Assembly: GCA_963767735.1 (NCBI GenBank)
Contig: CAVYES010000006.1
Location: forward strand, 64,001-128,000
DNA: 64,000 nucleotides
Reading direction: 5' to 3'
Source of the DNA: Candidatus Bathyarchaeota archaeon
Lineage (GTDB): Archaea; Thermoproteota; Bathyarchaeia; Bathyarchaeales; Bathycorpusculaceae
In this document: positions 31,877 through 41,614 of the stretch, piece by piece
Position numbering within the stretch: position 1 is the first letter of the stretch
Layout of the letters: each line of letters starts with the position of its first letter
Program-made: the position numbers and the translations under genes
The notes under the pieces: model-generated
What the model was told of the DNA's origin: nothing
Databases searched by the model: none
The model's input: the letters and a program-made list of their open reading frames with translations, nothing else

Positions 31877-32896
31877 TTAAAAGCCTGCTTTTTTGCCTAC
31901 CATTTCGATGAAGTCAACCATGCGGTTGCTAAAGCCCCATTCGTTATCGTACCATGCGAATACTTTAACGAAGTTGCCCTTTTCGCCTAAAACCATGGTT
32001 AACTGTGCATCTAGAACCGCTGAGTAAGTGCTGTGCAGCACGTCGGTTGAAACAATTGGGTCTTCAGTGTACTGTAAGATGCCTTTAAGTGGGCCTTCTG
32101 AGGCTTTCTTCATAGCTGCGTTAATTTCGTCTTTAGTGACTTCTTTGCCTAGTATAGCCGTTAAGTCAACAATTGATACGTCTGGTGTAGGTACACGTAG
32201 GGAATAGCCATTCATTTTTCCAGCGCAACTTGGCAAAACTAAGCCGATTGCTTTTGCTGCACCAGTGCTTGTTGGGATGATGTTGATTGCTGCTGCTCTT
32301 GCTCGACGCGGGTCTTTGTGGACAAGATCTTGGACTTTTTGGTCGTTTGTGTAGCTGTGGCATGTTGTCATCAAGCCTTTTTCGATACCGAAGTTGTCAG
32401 ATAATACTTTGGCGACTGGTGCTAGGCAGTTTGTCGTGCATGACGCATTGCTCAAGATATTGTGTTTTTCTGGGTCATACGTCTTGTCATTTACACCTAA
32501 CACAAAGGTTGCATCGGGGTCTTCTGCTGGCGCGCTGATGAGGACTTTTTTTGCTCCTGCTTGAAAATGTTTACTTGCGCCTTCACGGTTGGTAAACAAG
32601 CCAGTGGATTCTACTGCCAAGTAAACTCCGAGGTCTTTCCATGGCAGTTGTACTGGGTCTTTTACGCTGACACATTTGAGGGTTTTGCCGTTGACGATCA
32701 TGTCGGTGCCCTTGACTTCGATTGTGCCCGGGAAGTGCCCGTGGATTGAGTCATATTTTAAGAGATGAGCGTTTGTTTTGGCGTCTGCAAGATCGTTGAT
32801 TGCTACGAAATCAATGTTTGCGTTGCGTTCAATTGCTGCGCGGTAAAGAAGCCTTCCGATTCTTCCGAATCCGTTAATTCCTACTTTTATAGCCAT
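31877..32896 (-). CDS. gap: Type I (bacterial-like) glyceraldehyde-3-phosphate dehydrogenase
   Basis: [44 protein letters not shown]. Confidence 0.95.
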   Translation of the reverse strand: MAIKVGINGFGRIGRLLYRAAIERNANIDFVAINDLADAKTNAHLLKYDSIHGHFPGTIEVKGTDMIVNGKTLKCVSVKDPVQLPWKDLGVYLAVESTGLFTNREGASKHFQAGAKKVLISAPAEDPDATFVLGVNDKTYDPEKHNILSNASCTTNCLAPVAKVLSDNFGIEKGLMTTCHSYTNDQKVQDLVHKDPRRARAAAINIIPTSTGAAKAIGLVLPSCAGKMNGYSLRVPTPDVSIVDLTAILGKEVTKDEINAAMKKASEGPLKGILQYTEDPIVSTDVLHSTYSAVLDAQLTMVLGEKGNFVKVFAWYDNEWGFSNRMVDFIEMVGKKAGF

Positions 32897-33075
32897 AATA
32901 TCACCGTATTTCCAAAGTTTGTACAATACCCTTTACCCTTAATAGTTTATTAGTTTTCCGACGAAAATTCAAGCAAGTAGATAAGCAAGCGCAATTTACC
33001 GTCTTGGAAAAAGATGCAGCCAACTTACATGAAACAGTCAAGATTTTAATTTTAACTTACTCGAAAAAAAACATT

Positions 33076-33471
33076 TTAGAAAATTCCGCCTTCTCTAAAA
33101 TAATAGTTCTCTTCTTTCTTCGGTCCAAAGCTTCTTACGCCTTCACGTTTAAGCTGACACCGCAGTTCTTCAGCATACTGCTGGGTTATTTCGCCTTTCT
33201 TCTGCAGGTAAGCAATAATTTCTTCTGCCTGCGCTTCTGTGTCACATCGGCGGATAAAATCCACAGCGCAAGGATTAAAATGGCGAAGCTTATCAGGCGT
33301 CTCAGTGCAAGAGGCAAACTCTTCTTCCGCGCAGTCTTCACAATCTACAGCGCCCTCGGCTTCTTCCGGGTTTTTTCGAACCGCGTTAATCGGTACTTTG
33401 GCGTCTCCCGTTTCAAGTTCCTCGTAGAGGTGTGGAAACATTTTCTTGAGCGCTTTTTTGTCAGTTGCCAT
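33076..33471 (-). CDS. Archaeal conserved protein (DUF2095-like)
   Basis: FPHLYEEL, NPxAVDFIRRCDT, GVRSFGPKKE motif pattern. Confidence 0.75.
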   Translation of the reverse strand: MATDKKALKKMFPHLYEELETGDAKVPINAVRKNPEEAEGAVDCEDCAEEEFASCTETPDKLRHFNPCAVDFIRRCDTEAQAEEIIAYLQKKGEITQQYAEELRCQLKREGVRSFGPKKEENYYFREGGIF

Positions 33472-33551
33472 TTTTCATCAGTTTAATTAAAAATAAATAT
33501 CAAATATGTTCTTTATGTTCTTTTTTGATGGAAAACAAGATTCTGCAAGAG

Positions 33552-34166
33552 CTATAATGGGAGGAACCGTTGGGTTGGGTTGGTTTTCAAAACTTTTTCG
33601 AGTTCCTGCACCTTTAAACCTTTCATTTCATCCCCGAAAACTTCGCATTTTCTTTTTTTCCCTGCTTCCTCACAGCTACGCGCAACAATCTCAAGCCCGT
33701 ATCTATCTGAAGTCTCAGCGTATATGTGAAATGAAGCCATAGTTATTCCACGCTTGTTTACCGTTGTCCAAGCTGTTTTTGAAATTTTAACTTTTTCAGA
33801 TTTTAGGATTTGCACGATTTCTTCGGGCTCATCAGTGTAAACGGCGATGTCAATGTCGCTTCCCTGCTTTATCGTTCCTCGCCAAACGCTCCCGATTAAA
33901 ACGGGACAATAAGCATCAAGAAGCTTCATTATTTTTAGGGCTTCGTTTCGCATTTGAACCAGACGCTCTACTCTTTTTGCGCCCTCGTTTTCTTCAGCTA
34001 TTTTGTCCAGTTCAAGAGCAACTTCCATGTTAGACGGCAAAAAGTGAGTGCCCAAGGTTTTTGCGGCTTTTTCTTTAGCTTGTTTGTATTCTTTTTCAGC
34101 GCCAAAATAAAGTAAGGTAGCAGCTTCCCGAGCAACTCTGCACTTTAAATCGAAGTCAACGGTCAA
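33552..34166 (-). CDS. Nucleotidyltransferase-domain protein
   Basis: GSVWRG...SDIDI Pol-beta-type motif. Confidence 0.8.
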   Translation of the reverse strand: MTVDFDLKCRVAREAATLLYFGAEKEYKQAKEKAAKTLGTHFLPSNMEVALELDKIAEENEGAKRVERLVQMRNEALKIMKLLDAYCPVLIGSVWRGTIKQGSDIDIAVYTDEPEEIVQILKSEKVKISKTAWTTVNKRGITMASFHIYAETSDRYGLEIVARSCEEAGKKRKCEVFGDEMKGLKVQELEKVLKTNPTQRFLPL

Positions 34167-34186
34167 TCATTCACCTATCGTTTTTA

Positions 34187-35437
34187 TCAGGGTTTCACTA
34201 TTGTTTCGTATAGTTCGACGGTTTTTTCGGCGATTCTGGTCCAAGTGAACTCGGCTAGGACACGTTTTCTGCCGTTTTTACCCAGAACCTTGCGTCTTTC
34301 AGGGCTTTCTAAAGCGCTGATTACTCCCCATGCAATATCGGATGGGTTATTTGGGTCCACGTGGTATCCGCATTGTTCTTCACCGCAGCAAATTACTATT
34401 TCCCGCATTCCGCTGACGCCGGCGGCGCCTACGACAACAGGCTTCTCCATGCTCATCGCTTCAAGAGCTACGATGCCAAACGGTTCATAAAAACTGGGGA
34501 AAACTGCTATGTCGCATGAGGCATAATGCAGTATTCGTTCTTCCTCTGGGATGAAGTCAAAGCAGAATTTAACATACTCGTTAAGTCGAATGGTTCTTGT
34601 AAGGTTTGTTAAGTATTCTTGAAGGTCGCCTACGCCTACAATTACCAGTCGCGCATTAGGAATCTTGGTTAGAATATGAGGCATCGCCATTATGAGTTTA
34701 TCAACGCCTTTGACGCCTACGAGCCTGCCGAGGAAAAGAATCATTAATTCATTATCTTTTATGCCATACTTGCTTCGAATTCGCTTAATGTTCTCTGAAG
34801 AAACGTTTTCAGGATTATATTTTTGCGGGTCAACACCATTGTAGCTTACCTGAATTTTTTCTCTTGGAAAACCAAGCTGTATAAGCTCATCTTTCATGGC
34901 GTAAGATACTGTCACGATCATATCAGCCATTTTCCCCGCACGTAATTCTATGTTGCTGACTACGCTTGAGCCGTTTCCTAATGTTCGACCTTTCTCAGTT
35001 GAGTGAACATGGAAAGCTAAGGGCAAATCCGTTTCTCTTTTAACGGTAATCCCGCCCATTGCCGAAAGCCAATCATGCGCAACAACAATGTCATACTTCA
35101 TACCTTCTTTTTTAATCAACTCGTTGATGAGTTTAGCCGCTGACAAATAATTATAAACCATTAATTTGCCGAAGAAATGTAATCCTCTGCCCCATTTTTT
35201 GATGTCTTCAGCTATCACGTCTGGAAGCGAATCCGAAATGTCAATGTGCAGCGGGCGATGAATCTCTATTCCACGCCAAATTTCTCGGGTCGGCAAAGAA
35301 CCAGCGTCATCATTCATGGTGAAAACCGTTACGTCGTGATCGTCTAAGACAAACTTTCTTGTAATCTCGGCTGCGTAAGTTCCTAGTCCACCGACTATTT
35401 TAGGCGGGTACTCGTAAACGAAGACGGCAAGTTTCAT
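34187..35437 (-). CDS. GT4 glycosyltransferase (glycogen synthase-like)
   Basis: YEYPPKIVGGLG, AHDW, HSTE, GRL..KG, EPFGIVALEAM. Confidence 0.9.
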   Translation of the reverse strand: MKLAVFVYEYPPKIVGGLGTYAAEITRKFVLDDHDVTVFTMNDDAGSLPTREIWRGIEIHRPLHIDISDSLPDVIAEDIKKWGRGLHFFGKLMVYNYLSAAKLINELIKKEGMKYDIVVAHDWLSAMGGITVKRETDLPLAFHVHSTEKGRTLGNGSSVVSNIELRAGKMADMIVTVSYAMKDELIQLGFPREKIQVSYNGVDPQKYNPENVSSENIKRIRSKYGIKDNELMILFLGRLVGVKGVDKLIMAMPHILTKIPNARLVIVGVGDLQEYLTNLTRTIRLNEYVKFCFDFIPEEERILHYASCDIAVFPSFYEPFGIVALEAMSMEKPVVVGAAGVSGMREIVICCGEEQCGYHVDPNNPSDIAWGVISALESPERRKVLGKNGRKRVLAEFTWTRIAEKTVELYETIVKP

Positions 35438-35595
35438 CCTAACTGTTCACCAATTTACCCTAAGAATTGGTAATCACCATACTAAAGCTTTGCTTAACTG
35501 AGGAAGCAAACTTGAAATGGAAGAAAGCACAAGAAAGTTAAGGAAAGGTTTGATTAGACGGTTATGCATATCACATATAGGCAAGGTGCCAGCAA

Positions 35596-36159
35596 ATGAG
35601 TTTATCAACTGTAAAACAAGAAATACTAGAAACTATGCTACTTCACGAAAGACCCTTAAAAGCCGTCGAAATCGCAAGCGAAACCAAAATGAAGTTTCCG
35701 CCGGTCATGATGCACCTATTAGGGTTTGCTCGCATGGGATACGTGAGTTCACCTGAAAAAGGATTATACATTATAACTGTGAAGGGAAAAGAAGCTCTCG
35801 GCATACCGGAAATCAACAAAGAAAAAGCTACCGCCATATTGGCTTATGCACCACATGATAAAGCATTCCACTTCTACGTTGACATTGGAAAACCATTAAA
35901 CTTGCACGCTCACAACCTTCGTGATTTCGCCAATAAAGTCGAAAAGGCAGACGTTGCATCAGTAGAATTCCATACAAAACGCGGCGACTTTGAAGCCTGG
36001 TTCAACGAACTCGGAGACGCAGAATTATCAAAAAAGACTGCATTATTAAAACAAAGAAATGTGGTTGGAGAGGACCTGCGCATGCAATTGCATGAAATCG
36101 TTCTCCAACGATATGTAGCCTTAGCTAAATTGGCAGACCAACCAGTTTTCACCGAATAA
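35596..36159 (+). CDS. wHTH plus DUF5752-like domain protein
   Basis: N-terminal wHTH (YIITVKG) and C-terminal AFHFY...SVEFH..RGDFEAW. Confidence 0.65.
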   Translation: MSLSTVKQEILETMLLHERPLKAVEIASETKMKFPPVMMHLLGFARMGYVSSPEKGLYIITVKGKEALGIPEINKEKATAILAYAPHDKAFHFYVDIGKPLNLHAHNLRDFANKVEKADVASVEFHTKRGDFEAWFNELGDAELSKKTALLKQRNVVGEDLRMQLHEIVLQRYVALAKLADQPVFTE

Positions 36160-36401
36160 ATTTAGCTTTTTTTATAAATCGTTTTGTAATTTTCTGCAGA
36201 CCTGCGTATCGTCGTATACTACATATGTTCGGGGCTAACCGTGCCTTTATCATACTATGTTGAAATGGACGTCCAACGGTTTCCATGCCATGCAACGGTG
36301 AGCAAAATAGTTGCATGCACATTTTTCACAATTTCGGGTGTTTGGTTATGGAAAAAATGAAATATGCAGAGGCGAATATTACGTGGTTGAGGAGAATCTC
36401 T

Positions 36402-36902
36402 GTGAGCGAAGTTAGAATTGTTTCCGTCAAGATACCTGAAGAAGTCTACCTTGAAATGGCGTTGCGTATTCCTGAGGGTGACCGAAGCAACTTTATCAGG
36501 GAAGCCATAAGTGAGAAGCTTGAGAAAACGCCTAAAGCAGACAAACTTTTAGCACTAGAAGAGCGAATGGGCAAAATAGAGCAGGAGTTCGGGCAAATCA
36601 GAAAGTACCTAGCCGATTTGGAACTGCTAACGTTTCAGCATGGAAAAATTAACCCGCATTCTTTCTGCCTCGATGAGGTAGACCATAAAATAATGGAGTA
36701 CCTGCTTCACTACAAGAGCGCAACTACCCCCGAGTTAGCTGATTACGTCAAAACCAACAGATGGCTAATACTAAACAGGCTCAGAAAAATCCAGAAAACC
36801 TCCAAGAAACAAGTTGGAAAACCAGTGATAGAGTATTATGCGGGCGAGCGGTCTGGGAAAAAGAAGGCTTGGTGGATAGACGAAGAACTGATCCAGGAAT
36901 AA
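36402..36902 (+). CDS. RHH / coiled-coil / wHTH transcriptional regulator
   Basis: IVSVKIPEE...RSNFIREAI RHH pattern. GAGGAG RBS before the GTG at 36402. Confidence 0.7.
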   Translation: MSEVRIVSVKIPEEVYLEMALRIPEGDRSNFIREAISEKLEKTPKADKLLALEERMGKIEQEFGQIRKYLADLELLTFQHGKINPHSFCLDEVDHKIMEYLLHYKSATTPELADYVKTNRWLILNRLRKIQKTSKKQVGKPVIEYYAGERSGKKKAWWIDEELIQE

Positions 36903-36912
36903 CATGGTTAGC

Positions 36913-36918
36913 TTTAAA
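36913..36918 (+). promoter_or_regulatory. TATA box of tRNA-Arg
   Basis: TTTAAA about 30 nt upstream of the mature tRNA 5' end. Confidence 0.55.
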
Positions 36919-36947
36919 TTAATTGGGCATGTTGGTTTGTAAACTGT

Positions 36948-37026
36948 GGGCTCGTAGTCTAGTACGGATTAAGGCATCGGCCTCCGGAGCCGAGAATCCT
37001 GGGTTCAAATCCCAGCGGGCCCGCCA
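36948..37026 (+). tRNA. tRNA-Arg(CCG), intron-less, CCA encoded
   Basis: Acceptor stem GGGCTCG/CGGGCCC, anticodon arm TCGGC-CTCCGGA-GCCGA, T arm CTGGGTTCAAATCCCAG. Confidence 0.95.
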
Positions 37027-37217
37027 TTTGAACTTGCAGGTTCAAAATTTGTTTTGTTTTTGGTGGAATTAAGGTTTGATCTGGGCTTAGAACTGGGAAA
37101 ACTTTGTGGAAACGGGTTTTTGAGGCGGATGTTTTGAACTATTTCGATGTTGCATTTGAGATTGATTGAACCAAACGCATGTTAAGAGTACGCTTGGCGG
37201 GCATCGTCTTGCAGAGG

Positions 37218-38021
37218 CTACGGTAACATGAATTCAAGACCCCTATAAAATTGCCTGTAAGCTGGCCTCTTAAACAGTTCTTTGACAGAAACAAACCCCT
37301 CATCGGTCTCCCAGAAACGCGAAGGTGCCTCAGAGCCGAAAACATCGTTCCACATCGACTTTGTCTTTTGTGACCAAACAATTTCTCGCAAAGACACGTT
37401 GGGAGCCGAATCCGGATAATTCTTAACGATCCTTTGCGCTCGCCGCAACGTTTCCTTTGAAGCCCTCCCAATCTCACGATCAGCCAATGCCTCCATCTGG
37501 GGGTTTTGGTCGTTTCTCTGTTTCCAGCAAAGCCACCCAGCCAAGTTAATGGCTTCTCCGGCTTCTTTCTCTGGGTTTTCCTGTGGTTTCCATCCCGTGT
37601 CTTCGGCAAGCGCATAGAGGATAGGCTCAACGATTGCTGGAGGCTTACCAAATTTGCAGGAGACTTCTACCAAAGTTGGCTCTCTTAAAAATCGTAACTC
37701 ACGCTGAAGCTCTTCAAGCGCCAGTCTAACGGCTTCCACTTCAGCCTGGGTTTTGTTGACATTCTCAATAGAAAACAACACATCAGGCATCAGCGAGTTT
37801 GGCGTCCCATAGAAGAGCCCTTTGTGGCAAATCTTCCCACCCGCAACAAGAAACCGCAGCTTGCCTGTGACGGCTACTCCCAGCCCCTTTCGGTCTTTGT
37901 ATCGAATTTGGTACGTTTGCCAGAGGGTTTCTACTATTTCCGTCCAGCGAAGCATGTTAGGTTCATGCTTTTGCAGAAGAGAAACAATGTCCCGCTCAAG
38001 CATGTCAAACTTATCAGCCAT
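37218..38021 (-). CDS. Hypothetical protein, possible N-terminal wHTH
   Basis: 267-aa ORF with a GGGGT upstream motif, divergent from the packaging operon. Confidence 0.6.
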   Translation of the reverse strand: MADKFDMLERDIVSLLQKHEPNMLRWTEIVETLWQTYQIRYKDRKGLGVAVTGKLRFLVAGGKICHKGLFYGTPNSLMPDVLFSIENVNKTQAEVEAVRLALEELQRELRFLREPTLVEVSCKFGKPPAIVEPILYALAEDTGWKPQENPEKEAGEAINLAGWLCWKQRNDQNPQMEALADREIGRASKETLRRAQRIVKNYPDSAPNVSLREIVWSQKTKSMWNDVFGSEAPSRFWETDEGFVSVKELFKRPAYRQFYRGLEFMLP

Positions 38022-38222
38022 TTACTACCCCAATTACTTGTTGAATATTAATTCTTTATTAACTAAAATTTGCTTTTATTCTTCAAAGAAATTTTGGTCA
38101 TTAACTATTAATTTTTCGTGGCAAAATCTCAGCAACCGTTTAGGTTTTGGATTGACCATTAGTAGCTAATTAGCTTCCTGTATTTTAGAACCGACCTTTA
38201 TTTTTCTGCAGAGGATAAAGTA

Positions 38223-38786
38223 ATGGAAAAGAAAACAACGGTTAAGGTTCCTGACGCTTATCTGCCATTGCTGGAGGATCTTCGGCTGCTTCGAAATGAC
38301 GGCAACAACCCCAACAAGATGACGATCAAGCAGAAAGACCAGGTTTGGAGCAGCCTACAAAAGTACGGTTGGACTTATCCGATCGTAACCAACAAGGACG
38401 GCGTTTTCGCGGATGGCGAGCAAAGAGCGCAGGTCTGCATAGGTCAGGGCGAGTTTTTTGGTCCAGTTCTTCGACTGCCCGTCTCCGATGTTGACAGGCG
38501 AATGCTGCGGCAGATCCTAAACAAACTCAAAGGCAAACATAGCATGGAGCTTGATGACGCTGATTACAGGCGTATTGTAGAGGCTGGTGAAATCGACTGC
38601 TTAGCTGCACTGTTGCAGTCCATCGGCGAAAAAATGCCGGAAACAGACGGGCGAGCTCCTGAAAACTCAAACATCATTCCTGACAGCTACGAGCTAATCA
38701 TCGAATGCGAGGATGAGACGCAGCAGAAATGCTTCTTTGAGAAGTTGACGGCTGAAGGATACAAAGTGAAAGTTCTAAATCTGTAG
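38223..38786 (+). CDS. ParB/Srx-like domain protein (phage type)
   Basis: NPNKM...SLQKYGWTYPIV...DGEQR, matching the ParB-N pattern. Confidence 0.75.
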   Translation: MEKKTTVKVPDAYLPLLEDLRLLRNDGNNPNKMTIKQKDQVWSSLQKYGWTYPIVTNKDGVFADGEQRAQVCIGQGEFFGPVLRLPVSDVDRRMLRQILNKLKGKHSMELDDADYRRIVEAGEIDCLAALLQSIGEKMPETDGRAPENSNIIPDSYELIIECEDETQQKCFFEKLTAEGYKVKVLNL

Positions 38787-38797
38787 AGGCGGAAAAG

Positions 38798-39481
38798 TTG
38801 GATTTTGATTTTACGGTGAGTTGGAGTGAACCGGATAGTTTTCGAGCTCAAAGCGTCGTTGGCAGCTTCACATTAAGCGACGTAAAGTTACAGAAGCATT
38901 TCAAAGGCTCACTACCGATTGAAAGCTCAGACTGGCAAATCGGCGTCATCGTCGGCCGCAGCGGTTCAGGCAAATCAAGCATAGCAAAAAAGCTGTTTCC
39001 AGACGCATACACCACAGGCTTCGAGTACACAGAAAAATGCATCCTTGATGACTTTCCCCAAGAAACAGAAACAAACCAGATAACCAGGCTCCTATGCAGC
39101 GTCGGCTTCGCGTCACCTCCAGACTGGCTGAAATCTTACAGCTGCCTAAGTCAAGGAGAAAAAATGCGCGTCGACATCGCCAGAACGCTCTGCCTCCCTA
39201 GGAAGCTGATCGTTTTTGATGAGTTCACCTCGGTCGTAGATCGCGAGGTAGCAAAAGTTGCCTCTTACGCAATCAGCAAGGCAATTAGGCGCCGGAAAGA
39301 TAAGAAATTCATTGCCGTAACCTGCCACTACGACGTAGTGGATTGGTTGGATCCAGACTGGGTTTTCTGCACTGACACAATGGAGTTTGACCGAAAAAAA
39401 GAGGGCGGCCGCCCGTTGAGCTCAAGGTTTACCGGTGCGGCAAATCCACGTGGACACTGTTTCGGCAATATCACTATCTAA
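38798..39481 (+). CDS. ABC-type ATPase (phage-associated; probable N-terminal part of an ATPase-GNAT fusion)
   Basis: Walker A GRSGSGKS, signature LSQGEKMR, Walker B VFDEFTS, TCHYD switch. Confidence 0.85.
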   Translation: MDFDFTVSWSEPDSFRAQSVVGSFTLSDVKLQKHFKGSLPIESSDWQIGVIVGRSGSGKSSIAKKLFPDAYTTGFEYTEKCILDDFPQETETNQITRLLCSVGFASPPDWLKSYSCLSQGEKMRVDIARTLCLPRKLIVFDEFTSVVDREVAKVASYAISKAIRRRKDKKFIAVTCHYDVVDWLDPDWVFCTDTMEFDRKKEGGRPLSSRFTGAANPRGHCFGNITI

Positions 39482-39900
39482 ACGGCAATCTCGGCGCAGG
39501 CGTCAGATGCTACAGTGCCTTCTACCACGAAAAACCAGTAGCGTTTATCGCAGTCGCGCACGTGCGAATGAGGGGACACTTCTTTCGAGTCAGCCGCCTC
39601 GTTGTTTTGCCCGATTACCAGGGTATAGGCGTCGGAAAGCGTCTGCTTAATTTTGTCGCCGAGCTCTATACTTCTCAGTTGAATTTGCCGTTCTATTTGG
39701 TTACGAGCAATCCACAGCTAGTTCGAGGAAATCTAGACCACTGGATTGTAAAACGTGTTGGGCACAGCGGCCATGGAAGGAATGATTCAAGGATAAATCG
39801 GGGGCTCATAAAGTCGGCAAGCAAGGGACGGCTTACTGTAACACTCCAATATGTTCGAAAGAGAATTAAAGGTGACAATGTTGGATGCAATAACACTTGA
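39400..39900 (+). CDS. GNAT-family acetyltransferase in the -1 frame of the ATPase
   Basis: The open frame from the A7 run reads RPPVELKVYRC..WTLFRQYHYL...RVSRLVVLPDYQGIGVG (acetyl-CoA motif A). No good start codon upstream of the conserved-looking part. Confidence 0.8.
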   Translation, partial: RGRPPVELKVYRCGKSTWTLFRQYHYLNGNLGAGVRCYSAFYHEKPVAFIAVAHVRMRGHFFRVSRLVVLPDYQGIGVGKRLLNFVAELYTSQLNLPFYLVTSNPQLVRGNLDHWIVKRVGHSGHGRNDSRINRGLIKSASKGRLTVTLQYVRKRIKGDNVGCNNT

Positions 39901-40282
39901 AAGACGCTTAGAAATCTTGAAGCTTGAAGGAAACGGCTTAGAACCGTGCGAAATTGTGAAGGAACTAAGTGTAAAATATCGGGTATCTGAACGTGCCGTA
40001 TACAAAGATTTTGAGAGCCGTAACAGCTGGCAGCCCCAACTTCAAGAGATGAAGAAAATACTGTTAAAAGTGATTAACCGGCATGAGCAGATGTATCGTA
40101 AAGCCATAGTTGCATACATGCAGGCAAAATCTGACCGCGCTCGCATAGCAGCTTTGAATCTTATGCGTCAAATAAATGAGGATATCGCCGAGATGTCAGG
40201 AGCCAAAACCAAAGGTGAGACGGAACCTGAAGAAATCCGAATAAAATGGGAGGACCCTAAAACATGCACAAAACAGCAGTAA
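39878..40282 (+). CDS. Putative terminase small subunit (N-terminal HTH)
   Basis: HTH-like N-terminus, helical middle and C-terminal EIRIKWED. GGTGA RBS. Overlaps TerL. Confidence 0.6.
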   Translation: MLDAITLERRLEILKLEGNGLEPCEIVKELSVKYRVSERAVYKDFESRNSWQPQLQEMKKILLKVINRHEQMYRKAIVAYMQAKSDRARIAALNLMRQINEDIAEMSGAKTKGETEPEEIRIKWEDPKTCTKQQ

Positions 40283-41526
40283 TCAAATACAAGCCTCATC
40301 CTGGACAAGTTGAATTTCACTTTAATTCAGTAAGGTTCCGAGTGCTCAACTGTGGACGCCGCTGGGGCAAAACCGTTGCAGGCGCTAACGAGTTCATTAG
40401 GCAAATTTGGCAGAAAGGCGAGGGCAAAGAAAAAATGGGCATTGTGGCATTTGCTGTTGCCCCCACTTATTGGCATACTCAGCGTCAATGGAGCGAGTTC
40501 TTCAATTATTGCCCGCCTGAACTTATAGAGGAAATCCGCAGGGCTGAACGGCACGTTATTCTCAAAGGAAAACGTCACATCTGGTTTAAAAGCGCAGATA
40601 ATCCTGACTCGCTTAGAAGCCAAGGAGTAAAGGTCCTATGGGTTGACGAGGGAGCTCAGATTGCGGAGGAGGCATGGACTATGGCGCTTAGGCCTGCATT
40701 GATGGATGAGAAAGGCATCGCCTTCTTCACAGGAACGCCCAGAGGACATAACTGGTATTTTCAGCTCTGGACCCGAGGCCAAGATCCGTCGCAAACTGAT
40801 TATAAGAGTTGGAGCTTCCCCAGCGGCAGCAACCCGTATCTGGATCCAGCGGAGATTGCTTCTTTTGCCCGTGACATGCCTGAACTTGCTTATCGCCAAG
40901 AGGTTATGGCTGAGTTTCTTGAGGATGTTGGCTCAGTCTTCAGAGGCGTAGACCACATTGTTAAAGGTACCTTCCAACCGCCTGAACCGTACAAGCAATA
41001 TGTTATGGGAGGAGACCTTGCTAAACTCATAGACTTTACAGTGCTAATCGTTCTCAATATGGACGGACACCTATGTGCCTTTGACAGGTTCACCCAGCTA
41101 GACTGGGTTTTCCAACGCAAACGCATAATTCAACTAGCCCAACAATACAACGCCCGCCTACTAATCGACAGTACAGGAGTCGGAGACCCAATCTGCGACG
41201 AGATCCGACGTGAAAACGTTCGAGTTGACGGCTACAAATTCACCAATACCACAAAAAAAGATCTCATAGAAAACTTGAGCATTATGATCGAGAACGGACA
41301 GGTTACGATACCGCAAATTCCTGAGTTAATTAATGAGCTCAAACTCTACGGGTACAAGATCAGCGCCAGTGGGAACGTGCAGTATGGAGCACCCGAAGGC
41401 TACCATGACGATTGCGTTGTTGCATTAGCGTTAGCTGCTTGGCAACTTAAGCGTTCTCCCCCTCTTCTGGGAATCGGTGTCTCGGTGATTAAGAAAAAAC
41501 CAGTTTACAGAGACGAAGATGATTAA
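40264..41526 (+). CDS. terL: Terminase large subunit
   Basis: PHPGQ Q-motif, Walker A GRRWGKT, Walker B LWVDE, motif C GTP, and RNase H-like nuclease residues D(LAK..D), DSTG, HDD. Confidence 0.93.
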   Translation: MHKTAVIKYKPHPGQVEFHFNSVRFRVLNCGRRWGKTVAGANEFIRQIWQKGEGKEKMGIVAFAVAPTYWHTQRQWSEFFNYCPPELIEEIRRAERHVILKGKRHIWFKSADNPDSLRSQGVKVLWVDEGAQIAEEAWTMALRPALMDEKGIAFFTGTPRGHNWYFQLWTRGQDPSQTDYKSWSFPSGSNPYLDPAEIASFARDMPELAYRQEVMAEFLEDVGSVFRGVDHIVKGTFQPPEPYKQYVMGGDLAKLIDFTVLIVLNMDGHLCAFDRFTQLDWVFQRKRIIQLAQQYNARLLIDSTGVGDPICDEIRRENVRVDGYKFTNTTKKDLIENLSIMIENGQVTIPQIPELINELKLYGYKISASGNVQYGAPEGYHDDCVVALALAAWQLKRSPPLLGIGVSVIKKKPVYRDEDD

Positions 41527-41614
41527 AATAAAAAAGAATTTTGTCTTGGAAGCCGGCTGGGAAAAACTAATGAATCTTTATTGGGATTTATTGGTCTGAA
41601 ACTGAGGGTTTAGT

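Noticed and set aside
33004-33486. 160-aa + strand ORF and the many other short antisense ORFs in the track
   Set aside because: They overlap well-supported genes on the opposite strand or in another frame and show no motifs.
37139-37651. 170-aa alternative-frame ORF
   Set aside because: Mostly nested in the 267-aa ORF on the same strand, with implausible composition.
38798-39481. ABC transporter annotation
   Set aside because: No permease or binding protein nearby. The context is ParB/GNAT/terminase.
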